From assembly GCF_001194135.2 (NCBI RefSeq), contig NC_068995.1, positions 13,758,879-13,822,878 of the forward strand: DNA of 64,000 bases, written 5' to 3'. Positions 25,918 to 37,286 of this stretch are shown piece by piece. The DNA is from Octopus bimaculoides (Eukaryota). The notes beneath the pieces were generated by a model that worked only from the letters and a program-made list of their open reading frames with translations, ran no database searches and was not told where the DNA came from. Made by a program: the position numbers and the translations under genes. The number at the start of each line of letters is the position of its first letter. Positions within the stretch are counted from its first letter, which is position 1.

Positions 25918-26169
25918 CAGTGGTTCTCAACCATTTTGTGCCTGTAGACCCCTTTGATTCCTGTTTTACTCTACTGGACCTCCATAACCATTCAGTGTTA
26001 AATTTTTTAAAATTATATTTTTATAATTAAATATTACATAGAATTGTATGAAAAAGTTGTTAAAATATTTTGTGCATTGTAGTATAACCAATTTATTGCA
26101 CAAGAACTTTAACAACAAAATCTTAAGTGAACCCCCAAGGGCCATATGGACCCTGGTTGAGAACCATTG
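25918..26169. mobile_element. hAT-type MITE, same family as 15796-16451
   Basis: TIR cagtggttctcaacc ... ggttgagaaccattg. The TSD is not preserved. Confidence 0.8.
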
Positions 26170-27227
26170 GCCTACAGACTATTGATTACAGATGAAAATC
26201 AGAGTGAAGTGAAAAGGTCTTCATTGGGAATTGGACCCATATTGCAGATTTGGTTTACTGACAACTTACCATAACTCTATAGTACTCTCACAGTGCATAA
26301 TATTCATTAGATATACTGTGGTCAATCAGGATAAATCATACCCTACTATTTTGGGAAGGACACTTTATATAATATGATCCTACATAATCAGCATCAATAA
26401 ACATCTGTTTTCCATGCTAGCATGGGTTGGATGGTTTGATTGTGTCTAGTGAACCAAAGGGCTGTTATGTGCTTCATTGTTAGTTTTGACATGGTTTCTA
26501 TTCTGGATGCCATTCCTAATGCCAACCACATTACAGAAGGTACTGGTGATTTTTTTTTTTTACATGCCAGTGGTATGAATGGTGTGGTTGAGTAACTTAC
26601 AAGACGGAAAAATATTAGAAAATGAAAAAGTCCTTTTGGCTAAGTGTGGGTGTGGAAGTATTTGAGAGGTGCCAGGTGTTGGGGAGGTGGTTAAAGTAGG
26701 ATAGACGGACAAGCACAGATATCTTGCTATAGTGAAGATATATGGCTACCTTGTATTATATAAGGTGAGTGAGAGTAGCTGGAGAGAAGATTAGAGAGTG
26801 GTGATGGGATACTAGCATAGCACAAACCCTCAAGAATCAAAAGAGGACACAAGCAGGTGCCAGAGCAAACCCTCAAGGAGGACAAGAGAACCAAGGAATA
26901 CTTCTGATCATAAATAACTCTGTTCAATCAGAAATGACCCAGGACTAATCAACAATACAAAATTCCTTCCTCTAAAGGTTACTAATGTGTACCTAATGGT
27001 GTACTTGAATTGGTAGATAAGGACTGTTATTTAGAAAGACGAATATATATATACAACAATGTCAACTGACAGGATAATGTCAAACATGCCAAGTAACTGG
27101 TTAAGTAATTAATATATTCCTTTATGACAAAGGTATTTTATCTTCACAGTATATAGAAAATCACTTTTATAGTTCATGATGGAAAGCTGATTTCATTTTG
27201 TCAGTAGCTGGGAAGACCAATGAATGT

Positions 27228-27268
<41 letters not shown>

Positions 27269-27344
27269 TCTCTCATATACATGTATATATAGATGGTGTA
27301 ATATATTATTTTAAAGTTATGTTTACATATTTTCTATAGAATTT

Positions 27345-27854
27345 AGAGCCAGCACTGAAAGTTAATGCTTTGTATATGAATATGCCTATGTAAACAATGC
27401 AATCAAAGATAGAAAAATAGGTAATTGGTGTATATGCATGTTTCGGGAGTTATTGCTCCTTCTTCAGCACCACATCCAACCCATTAACCATCCACGAACA
27501 CATTGTTTAAATAGCCACTAAATTTAGCGGTCTAACACAATTGGACAGACCCATTTACATATTGAACACATTCCCAGCAACTGGTACATACATATTAATT
27601 GCGGGTAGGGACACTGTATTTTGTTTTGCAAACATAATATACCACCAAGTATATTAAGGGTTTAATAGTTAATATTATCTCATACTTTTTGTGTTAGCAG
27701 TGTGATTCAATCACTTTTAAGTTATCTCAGAGCCAGCATTGAAAGTTTCATATATGACTATGTCTATGTAAACAATATGATTAAAGATAGAAAAAAAAAG
27801 GTAATGAGTGTATATTATATTTTAGGATAGCCATACTGATCATTTAATAAGCAC
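27345..27854 (-). mobile_element. Decayed Penelope-like or retrozyme remnant with partial tandem terminal repeats
   Basis: Imperfect ~85-bp direct repeats start at 27345 and 27729 (agagccagca.tgaaagtt...ctatgtaaacaat...aaagatagaaaaa..ggtaat..gtgtatat). The first adjoins the HHR at 27427. The second adjoins a degenerate HHR-like stretch at 27807-27854. Confidence 0.5.
27427..27471 (-). ncRNA. Type I hammerhead ribozyme motif with two A.C mismatches
   Basis: The minus strand reads ggtg-CTGAAGA-aggag-caataa-ctccc-GAAA-catgcata-TA-cacc. Stem I (ggtg/cacc) is perfect. Stem III is one change from the palindrome ACATGCATGT. Confidence 0.65.
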
Positions 27855-28896
27855 ATAAGAGTGGCAGACCTAATACACTACTTGATTTAACAGGACTCCT
27901 TGGTTCTTAGTGTCTTTTGTGGAGGTCACTTTGTCATAAGCCTTTGGACTAGATGCTGTTCCCTTCTGCTCACATTTCTTCTGTGGGCATAGCCCTAACA
28001 GTTGCAGTGATGTCCCCACTCAAAGAGAACAGGTAGAGGGTTTATAGGCACTGTCTCTTTTCTCCTTATAAAAACACAAAGAAATATTCAATTATTCCTT
28101 TTGATATACAGGTAGTTCTTGCTTTTCAAATTTATGATTACTGACTTTATATGTTTATGAGAATTTTCTATGGTTAAAAAAATAAGAAGTATTTTTGAAT
28201 AAATTTATTTAAACAAATTTGTACATAACTCAAGCTGTATTGGCTAAGAATGACGTCTGTGTAGACACCTGTCAGCTGAGCCAAAGGCCAAATTTGATTG
28301 GTGAAAGGTGGTAAATCACAGACTCCCTTACTTGATACCTTCATATTTGTTTCAATTCATTATTATTCTATTATTTCCATGTGGATGCTAATGAAGCATC
28401 TTACATGGCTTTGTTTTGTTATTTATACCTTCAGCTTTGTGAATTTTCAGTTAACAAGTGATAAGTAGGAAAAAGTCAACTTGTAAGGAACTGCAAGTAG
28501 TTAATAAATACTGAAGTCTTTTTTCTACTACATTTTTAATCATCATTTTGAGACAGTGTACCAATGAGCAGGCCACAAACAAAGTAAAAACAACTTTTTG
28601 ACTATCTTGGTTATAACATAAAATCTTGTAGTTTACATGAAACACCCAAACTGAAGCGTATAAAAAGCAGGCAATGAAAGCCACTACATTGTTGAGTAAA
28701 GAGGGTAAAAAATAATTTAGAATTTCAACTTTTTAAACACTATCCATTACTGCCTTAACTCGATAACTGGATGCTATTTGCCCTCCTTGCTGCCAACCCT
28801 CACCTGTTTAAAAGGTTATATAATAATAATATATAATGATATCTCCTTATGGCCAGACCGGTTTTCCATGGAAGACTGGAAATGAACAACCTCACT

Positions 28897-29076
28897 TGTA
28901 CATTATTTACAATTGATGGATATTTGTCCTCATCTTGTTTGTTGTTAACACAACGTTTCGGCTGATATAACCTCCAGCCTTCAGCCGAAACGTTGTTAAC
29001 AACAAACAAGATGAGGACAAATATCCGTCAATTGTAAATAATGTACATAATTCCTCATCTCTTAAATATAGAACTG
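28897..29076. mobile_element. Palindromic Penelope-like terminal-repeat insertion with a 13-bp target-site duplication
   Basis: Arms 28897-28965 and 28981-29047 are reverse complements (1 mismatch, one 2-nt indel) around a 15-nt spacer. Flanking direct repeat aacctcacttgta at 28888-28900 and 29078-29090. A partial HHR (ggctg/cagcc-GAAACGTT) is on the minus strand. Confidence 0.7.
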
Positions 29077-29338
29077 GAACCTCACTTGTATGATGGTGAA
29101 GCTTGTTTACAACCATCATGTGATATCAAGACAAGGGTATACACACACATGTGATGGGTTTCTTTCAGTTTTCATCAATCAAATTCACTTGCAAGGCTTT
29201 TGTCACACATACTCAAGGTGTTGCACAGTGGGACTGAACCCAAGATCACATGGTTAGAAAGCAAGTTTCTCAACTACACAGCTACAACTGCACCTACTAT
29301 ATACATAAAACTTATTTTGCACTAGGGTAGAATCATGA

Positions 29339-30503
29339 AAGTATATATGGCGTCAGTCCATAGATAATGTTGTTTTTACAATTGCATGAACTAAAAGTTG
29401 GAGGGGGGACAGGATAAACTACATGCATCAACTTGCAGGTAGTAATTTTACTTTATCCTTATTTGTAGTGCGTGTTTTGAAGAGTGCACTTCGATTTTAA
29501 CAGTCATTTTTTCATGTGTATCATCATCATCATCATCATCATCGTTTAACGTCCGCTTTCCATGCTAGCATGGGTTGGACGATTTGACTGAGGACTGGTG
29601 AAACCGGATGGCAACACCAGGCTCCAGTCTGATTTGGCAGAGTTTCTACAGCTGGATGCCCTTCCTAACGCCAACCACTCAGAGAGTGTGTGTGTTTTTT
29701 TAAATAGCTTTATGATTACTATGGTGTAATTGTTTCACTTTCAACACTCAGACCAAGCCACTTTCCCAGAAACAGTACAACTCAGAAATTTAACCCATTT
29801 AACCCATGGGCATTTAAACCAGCCATATTAGGCTGAAATATTCTGTTTTATGTTCGAACTGGCCAAATCTGGCCTCTCACAGCTGCCCTACAATGTCATC
29901 CTAAAAATAAGCCATCATATTTATATCTCAAAGCAGCAAGACAATGCATGGTTAATTCAAAACAATATGAATATTACATTTGACAGAATAATCTGAACGC
30001 TAAAGGATCAAAACACAAACCATTGTTTACCATTATGTCTACATTATTGCCATATTTTAAGATTATATTCATATATTATTAACTATCAAAGTATTTTGTT
30101 GTACATATGTGACCTTAGTCACTAACAGTCATAGAAAAGAGTATCAGTGACTTGGTAAGAAATGCACAATGAAGGACTTTGATACCGAATACTATACAAT
30201 GCTATTACTAAGTAGAACAGAAGTATATATGGCGTCAGTCCATAGATAATGTTGTTTTTACAATTGCATGAACTAAAAGTTGGAGGGGGGACAGGATAAA
30301 CTACATGCATCAGTTTGCAGGTAGTAATTTTACTTTATCCTTATTTGTAGTGCGTGTTTTGAAGAGTGCACTTCGATTTTAACAGTCATTTTTTCATGTG
30401 TATGTGTGTGTTTTTTTAAATAGCTTTATGATTACTATGGTGTAATTGTTTCACTTTCAACACTCAGACCAAGCCACTTTCCCAGAAACAGTACAACTCA
30501 GAA
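29339..30503 (+). repeat. Local direct duplication of 283 bp (29339-29787 with a 166-bp insert; 30221-30503 without)
   Basis: The copies are identical by eye except for ac/gt at one site and the insert. Confidence 0.92.
29522..29687 (-). mobile_element. Young (GAT)n-tailed short retroelement with an RTE-type tail
   Basis: Differs from the inverted copy at 38421-38583 at only about 5 positions over about 165 nt. It is absent from the duplicate locus at 30221-30503. Confidence 0.85.
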
Positions 30504-31287
30504 TTTGAAAAAAAAAAAATTTTTTTTCTTTATTCTGCAAATTTATTATTCTAAAAGTGAAGAGAAAAGTGAACCTGTCATTAAGGTATCGTGATCTAAG
30601 AACAAGTACACTGTTCACTTTCCAGCAACTGATGGTTCAGCACCAGCTTTAATCCAGGTAAATTACAAAGGAGAACTTGAAATTCCCATGGCTGCTCATC
30701 TAGTTCATAGTGTGACCACAACTGGCATTGCATTTACTGTGTATTTAAGTGCATTATTTATACTGCACTTGTCAGTGGCAATACTGAAATTTTGAGAGAG
30801 CCACTGCTTAGTTTAAAGTCACCTTTTAGCAATGGCTAGAACAGGTAAAAGAACTGAAAGTGTCAGTGGTAGTGTCACACATGAATACCAATCCATATTG
30901 ATCCAAAATAAAGTAGAACTGTTCATGGTACGTTAGACACATGGGAGGTGTATAATTTGTAGGCTAGAAGGGTATTGATGAAATATTCTGTGACCATAGA
31001 TGCTCCAGCAAAATGGTTAAGCCATCAAGGGTTCAGACCCAAGAGTACTGGAAAATTGGTGATGTACCTGCAGTTGTTTAGCACAAGTTAGTCTAAATCA
31101 AACAGACTGTTTAACCATGCTTGTCATGTAACAATTATGACAGAATACATTACAAAAACTGTTGAGATAAAAGCTAATATTTTATAAGAGATATCAGAGG
31201 TCTAGAGTATGTAGGAAATAACTTTAGAATATAATCTGCACCATAAGTCAACATTTTCTGTATCAAGTTAATAAAGAATCTCTACAT

Positions 31288-31526
31288 CAGTGGTTCTCAA
31301 CCAGGGTCCATATGGGCCTTGGGAGTCCATATAAGATTTTATTGTTAAAATCTCTGTGCAATCAATTGGACATACTTCTACAATACATGAATCTTTAACA
31401 ATTTTTTAAAAATACAATTCCTAATAATACTTAAAAATAGAATAGGATTTTAAAAACATCTAATGGCTATGGGGGTCCATGCAAGTAAAATAGGAATCAA
31501 AGGGCTTCATAGGAGAAGAATGGTTG
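31288..31526. mobile_element. hAT-type MITE, opposite orientation, right TIR truncated
   Basis: Starts cagtggttctcaaccagggtccatatgg. Flanks ctctacat/ctctatat match 7 of 8. Confidence 0.7.
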
Positions 31527-33442
31527 CTCTATATGATCAATCAAACTGCTAAAAATAGCAACCAGATCTCCTTTGAATCTTTAAAAAATAAATGGCTAAA
31601 CAAAAGAAGGAATGGTTGTGGCCAGAATATTTTTCATCAAGACTGATCTACGGTTAGACAAAAAAAATGACAGCAACAACCTCAGATATAATCTCTGTAT
31701 AGGATCCAAGAACAGAAAGAAAATGAATAATAACAGTGAGGACATTCTACAGTGAAAGGATTCCTTATGTTATTTAGTGAAAAGGAAAACAAAATGGATG
31801 TTTTGATAGTCATATGTGAGTATTGCATGCCTCTTTGATGAGTCATGCATGTTGTTCCCAACTTGTATTACTACAGCCTTCATGGTTTTGGGCAGGGCAT
31901 GGGACTATTTGCTTCATGCAGCAGCAAAATTAGGTCAGCCAACAATAACAACAGCAGAAATCTCATGCCCCCCCCCCCAAAAAAAACCCCCAAAACAAAC
32001 ACAAATGCACTGGCCAAACACAATTGTACACTTTTAAAAGACAATACTGGACTGGTTTCAAGAACAAGGATGTATTAGATAGAAGTTTACTTGAAACTGT
32101 TACACAATTTCAACAATTCCAAGGAAAAAAAAAAGGCTTTGTGTCACTTTAGCCATTTTTTTCAATTGCAGAAAGGGCAACTGTAGGAGCAAGCATGGAA
32201 GTGCAATTAAAAAATGTACTTTCAACCATATGGTTTTTGTATTCAGTCTCATTGTGTGCCACCTTGGGCAAGTGTTTTCAACCACAGGCTTGGACGGTTT
32301 GACAGGATCTGCTTCAAACGCCAATGTCAACTTTGGCATAGTTTTTATGGCTGAATGCTCTTTCTTATGAGTGGATTAGGGAGATGGAAATTGAAAGACT
32401 CCTGTTGTGTGTGTGAGTGAGTGCGTACATGTATGTATGTATGTATGTCATTATATCCAACTCAACATGGATGCCTTGTTAGAATACCTAATTAATACTG
32501 CTTCCATAGCTAATAGTTATTATTAAGCCTGCTGGCTATTTGCAACATCAGCGTCTGAATAGATGCTGACATTCTATTGGTCTCTTTTGTTGAAGTGCTA
32601 AGTTATGGGAGCATAAATACACCAAGTAGTTGTCAAGCAGTGTGTGTGTGTGTGGGGGGGGGGGACAAGCACACATACATATATTGGGCCCTCTTTGAGT
32701 TTCTGTCAACCAAATCCACTCACAAGTCTTTAATCGACCCAGGGCTATAGTAAAAGGCACTTGCCCAAGGTGCCATGCAGGGACTGAACTTGGAATCATA
32801 TGGTTGGGAAGCAAACTTCTTACCACACAGCAAATACACACATGCACATATATTGTGTGCTTGTGTCTCCTTGTTTTCACACCGTGCAGTGGTTGTAAAT
32901 AAGCATCACTGTCATTCAAGCAGTGTCTTTCATTTTCAATCGTCTATGAAAACATGTTTGGTCTTGGGGAAATATTATCTTGTTTGGAAAAGAGCAAGGG
33001 TTAGCATATTCAGTCTTAGAAGATCTACCTCAACAATAATAATGACGATGATGATGATGAGGAGGAGGAGGAGGAGGAAGAGAAGGAGGAGAATTGCATT
33101 TCTCATGCTGAAAGTATATTTCATTTTCTGAATTGTTAGACCTCATGTGAGCATAGTATAAAATAAAAATAATAATAATAATAGTAATAATAATGATAAT
33201 AATAATAATAAAGCCCCACTGTAAAAATTAATAAATAAATAAATCAAATATATAAATAAATGATTTGTTACATAGGCATGGCAGCTCAGATTTAAAGAGA
33301 ATGAAATGATGGTAAATTAGCACATTCATTTCATTCCAAAGAGTATTAAGCAAACTAAAGGAAGCACATTTCTGACCTGAATTAAAATCAGGTTCCAGAT
33401 GCTTGATTTGTCAAAGGCTGATTATTTATATTCATCATCATC

Positions 33443-33447
<5 letters not shown>

Positions 33448-33503
<56 letters not shown>
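33448..33503. repeat. (AAT)n microsatellite; others at 3733-3765 and 8391-8429
   Basis: Direct reading. Confidence 0.95.
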
Positions 33504-33854
33504 GTTTTGGCTTGGTTTCTACAACTGGATGCTATTCCTCATGCCAACCACTTTACAGAGTATACTCAAGTTATGAGTATACCTAAATGCGACCTTGCTG
33601 TCCCCAGAAAGGGTACCCATATCTGTTGCAAGTAATAAATTCAACACAAAATTAACAAGTGTTCTATGAATCAGGACCATAATAAAAGCCTTCACATCAC
33701 ACCTATTTGAAGTAATTTTCTCATATTCACATAAACAGATACAAAAGTGCCCACAGTATGAATGACAATTCATACTGCATGGCTTTACACATTTTTAACT
33801 ACGATGACATTAAACTAACAATAAAGCCAAAAGAAGGAAGTAACTAAAGCTTAC

Positions 33855-33893
33855 CTCTTTCTCTGTTAATTTCACATGTCCTGGATATACAAG
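33855..33893 (-). CDS. DENND6: DENND6 coding exon 2 (39 nt, LVYPGHVKLTEKE)
   Basis: Acceptor tttttgcag, donor GAG|gtaagc, phase 0-0. The peptide continues the DENND6 motif (xIYPxxxKLTxxE). Confidence 0.92.
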
Positions 33894-34609
33894 CTGCAAA
33901 AAATTAAGAAAATATGTTATTCTGAAAGCAAAAAAGTTAATTTCTATACAACATTAAATGTCTTTTACATTCTTTGTTATTAAGTAAATAAGTGACTAGG
34001 TCATTGGTATAATATAATAGCATGTCATTATTTCATATTGTCAAAAACTGGGTCTTTGGATTCATTTACACTACATTCCTAGTAATAACATTTGTTAATT
34101 CCCTCCAAATTTTCCTTCTATTTTGTTATTGTTCTAAGCTCTTTCATTTCAAATATAGTTTTTGAGTTCTGTTTTGTTTCTTGAAGAAAGATTCCCTCTT
34201 CATCTTCTTTGTTGAGATTAATGAAGCTACATAACTCTGTGATTCCAAAAGTGATGCTGATAGATATTAATTTCTGATAGGGCAACTCTTGACAGTCCAA
34301 CTTAAAATTTACAAGACTGCACCAAGAGATCAGACAAACTAATCATCATCATCATTTAATAACTGCTTTCCATGCTGGCATAGGTTGGACAGTTCAGCAG
34401 GAACTGGTAAGTCAGAAGACTGCACCAAGTTCTACTATCTGCTTTAACATGATTTCTATGGTTGGATGCCCTTCCTAATGCCAACCACTTTACAGAGTGT
34501 ACTGGATGGTTTTGACACGGCGCCAGGTCACCAAATAACTTGCAAGACCCCTCAGCTGAAGTATCGTGTGTTCTAAGGCGCGCAACCTGAAGTTTACATT
34601 ACATAATTA

Positions 34610-35389
34610 TGATATTGGAACAGACACTAAAATGTTAGTTTACAGTGTAGAGGTGATTCCAGCTCTCTTGAACATATATATTGCAAACCTGGATAATATA
34701 CCAAAGACATTTAAAGGCACTTGAAAAATTCCATCAACTTCAAAACACCTAATATCCCAGCTGGGAAGACAGCTGAATGAAGCAAGAATCAAACATTGGT
34801 GCCTTCTACATTAAGAAAAAAAACCAATAAAAACTAGGGGTCATGTTCAGCTGGCATCTGAACATCTGCTTAACCTTTTAGTGTTCAGATTACTCTCTCA
34901 AATCTCATGCTTATTTATTCACATTGCTTGAATTAATCATGCATTATCTCACAGCCTTGAATTTTCAAATAATGTGATAATATATTTTGAGAATGACATT
35001 GTAGGGTAGTATTGGAGACTGGATCTGGCCATAAAACAAATAGAATATTTTGGATGGATATGGTCAGTTTAAATGCCAAAGGGTTAAACAAAAGGTTTAT
35101 TTCCTGCTTAGAGAAGGCTACTGTAACAGAGGCAGAGAGCAGAAGAGATTGAAAGACATCTTAAAAAAATCACCATTGACATCAACAACTGGGAAACCAA
35201 TGCCAACGAAGGGAAACTTTAGTGAACCAATATTGAAGAAGGAAGAGCAGAACAGGAAGAAAAGAGAAAGAGTAAAAACAACACCAACAACCAAGGTTTG
35301 ATTAACCATCTGGAAATACTTGTCCTGAATATGAAAGAACTTTCAGTGCCAAAATTGGACTTGTAAAACGCCAGAGACACCATAAATAG
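34610..35389 (+). mobile_element. Degenerate RTE (BovB-like) LINE 3' fragment, interrupted by a piggyBac-type MITE
   Basis: Broken frames give TKMLVYSVEVIPALL, TWIIYQRHLKALEKFHQ, SWED, GHV, RGREQKRLKDILKK, TIDINNWET and CPEYERTFSAKIGLVKRQRHHK*. The order matches the RTE C-terminus. Confidence 0.75.
34874..35083. mobile_element. piggyBac-type MITE (family 1) inserted in an RTE fragment
   Basis: TTAA at 34870-73 and 35084-87. CCTTT/AAAGGG termini. RTE-like peptide motifs resume on both sides. Confidence 0.75.
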
Positions 35390-35612
35390 ATCAACAGAAT
35401 GAAAACTATCAACTTCAGAGGATAGCAAAAATGGAAAACGATTGTGAAAAACTAGGTCTTTGAATTTACTTGCTTTATGTTCTTTAGTTCCTCCCATTCA
35501 GTCAGTGTTTTTGGTAATCTGTGTTTTGTGTCTTGAAGGAATGCTGTAATAGTAATACTACACAAGTAGGACTCATGGAAATTCCATATTATATTATATA
35601 TATATATATATA

Positions 35613-37286
35613 ATTATTCAATATTAACAGTTTTGTATTAGAAAACCAGGAATTTATACAAGGCTGTAAAAGAAGTGCTCAAACTAGTTGAGACATAGGT
35701 ACAAAGTTAATTGCAGAATAAAACCGTTAGGTCATCGACTCAAAAAGCCGTAGCCCACCAAGTGTTCCTACTCTGGAATGCCAAATTTAGCATCCATTAT
35801 TGCCTCTTTAAATAGGAATAAAATAAATAAGTTAAAGATATGTGAATGTACGCCACAGGGAAACCCTATTTCAAATAAAACCAACTGTAAACCACACGAC
35901 GATGGTGGAACGGGCCCTTCATTCCCTCGGATTTTACCTAAATCTGGGAATGAGATAAGTGAAATGGTCGATAAGAATAAATTTCTGAGGGCGGTTAATA
36001 ATGTTGGAAATGACTTTAAGGGTGGCCGTAAAAAATTATGTAATTGTAGGGANNNNNNNNNNNNNNNNNNNNNNNNNNNNNNNNNNNNNNNNNNNNNNNN
36101 NNNNNNNNNNNNNNNNNNNNNNNNNNNNNNNNNNNNNNNNNNNNNNNNNNNNNNNNNNNNNNNNNNNNNNNNNNNNNNNNNNNNNNNNNNNNNNNNNNNN
36201 NNNNNNNNNNNNNNNNNNNNNNNNNNNNNNNNNNNNNNNNNNNNNNNNNNNNNNNNNNNNNNNNNNNNNNNNNNNNNNNNNNNNNNNNNNNNNNNNNNNN
36301 NNNNNNNNNNNNNNNNNNNNNNNNNNNNNNNNNNNNNNNNNNNNNNNNNNNNNNNNNNNNNNNNNNNNNNNNNNNNNNNNNNNNNNNNNNNNNNNNNNNN
36401 NNNNNNNNNNNNNNNNNNNNNNNNNNNNNNNNNNNNNNNNNNNNNNNNNNNNNNNNNNNNNNNNNNNNNNNNNNNNNNNNNNNNNNNNNNNNNNNNNNNN
36501 NNNNNNNNNNNNNNNNNNNNNNNNNNNNNNNNNNNNNNNNNNNNNNNNNNNNNNNNNNNNNNNNNNNNNNNNNNNNNNNNNNNNNNNNNNNNNNNNNNNN
36601 NNNNNNNNNNGACTATTCTAAAGGGTATACTAAAAATTAGATTTTTTTTTTTTTTTGGTCTAGTCCATATTATTATTTATTTAAGCTTGCTCTCATAATT
36701 ATATTCTTTTTGACTGGTGACTTCGTTGATGTCTGTGTGTCTTTTTTTACCCTGAAGAATGGGTTATCACCAATTTGTGCTCTATTGTGCATTAAATAGG
36801 GTGATATACCCCCGAAATGGCCATAGGTGTTCTGTGTTTGTGTTCCACCTATACTCGTAATCCACTGTAAATGATGTCTATGGTTTGACTTTACTGATGT
36901 TACCTGCGGAATGGTGAAACTTGGATTTTACTTTGCCACACTTTGGATGTTCTGTTGGTGTTTTGTCCCTCAGCGAATGAACTGTTGTGTTACGTTTCCG
37001 TATGTATTATTTTTTTTCTCTATATTTTTTCTATATATATATTTTTTTATTCTACTGTATTTGTACCAGTCTCTAATATTTTTAATCAATTTTTAATCGC
37101 AGTTTATTTATGTATTTATATTATTCTACTGTATTTTTAAACGATTTTTATTCTTATGTATAAAAATTTTGACCTCTCTTTACTAATTTGGTTTTGTGGT
37201 CTATGTTGTACTTCGTATATGTGGTCATTGGTGGGCTACGGCTTTTCGAGTCGATGACCTAATGGTTTTATTCTGCAATTAACTTT
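35613..37286 (+). mobile_element. 5'-truncated Penelope-like element with an inverted terminal segment; central part hidden by a gap
   Basis: The frame from 35760 reads KCSYSGMPNLASIIASLNRNKI...CNCR, which resembles the PLE SYSxMPNxxSII linker and Cys knuckle that precede GIY-YIG. A 59-bp inverted repeat (35703-35761 vs 37228-37286) has 2 mismatches. The HHR at 36748 lies inside. (TA)n tracts occur at both ends. Confidence 0.7.
36748..36828 (+). ncRNA. Type I hammerhead ribozyme motif with long stem II, in the 3' part of a Penelope-like element
   Basis: tacc/ggtg stem I. CTGAAGA 36752-58. Stem II gggt-tatcacc...ggtgata-t-accc. GAAA 36813-16. Palindromic stem III ATGGCCAT 36816-23. ATA triplet ending at 36824. 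Confidence 0.7.

Noticed and set aside
29586-29610. CTGAGGA...GAAA inside the young retroelement
   Set aside because: There is no stem II between the motifs. Coincidental.
30594-30795. About 66-codon open frame (NKYTVHFPATDGSAPALIQ...)
   Set aside because: No start codon or good acceptor, and only faint similarity to an integrase motif. Its length is compatible with chance.
36894-36920. Second HHR-like motif ctgatgt-tacc...ggt-gaaac in the Penelope-like element
   Set aside because: A9 is mutated and no stem I or III pairing can be built. At best a relic.
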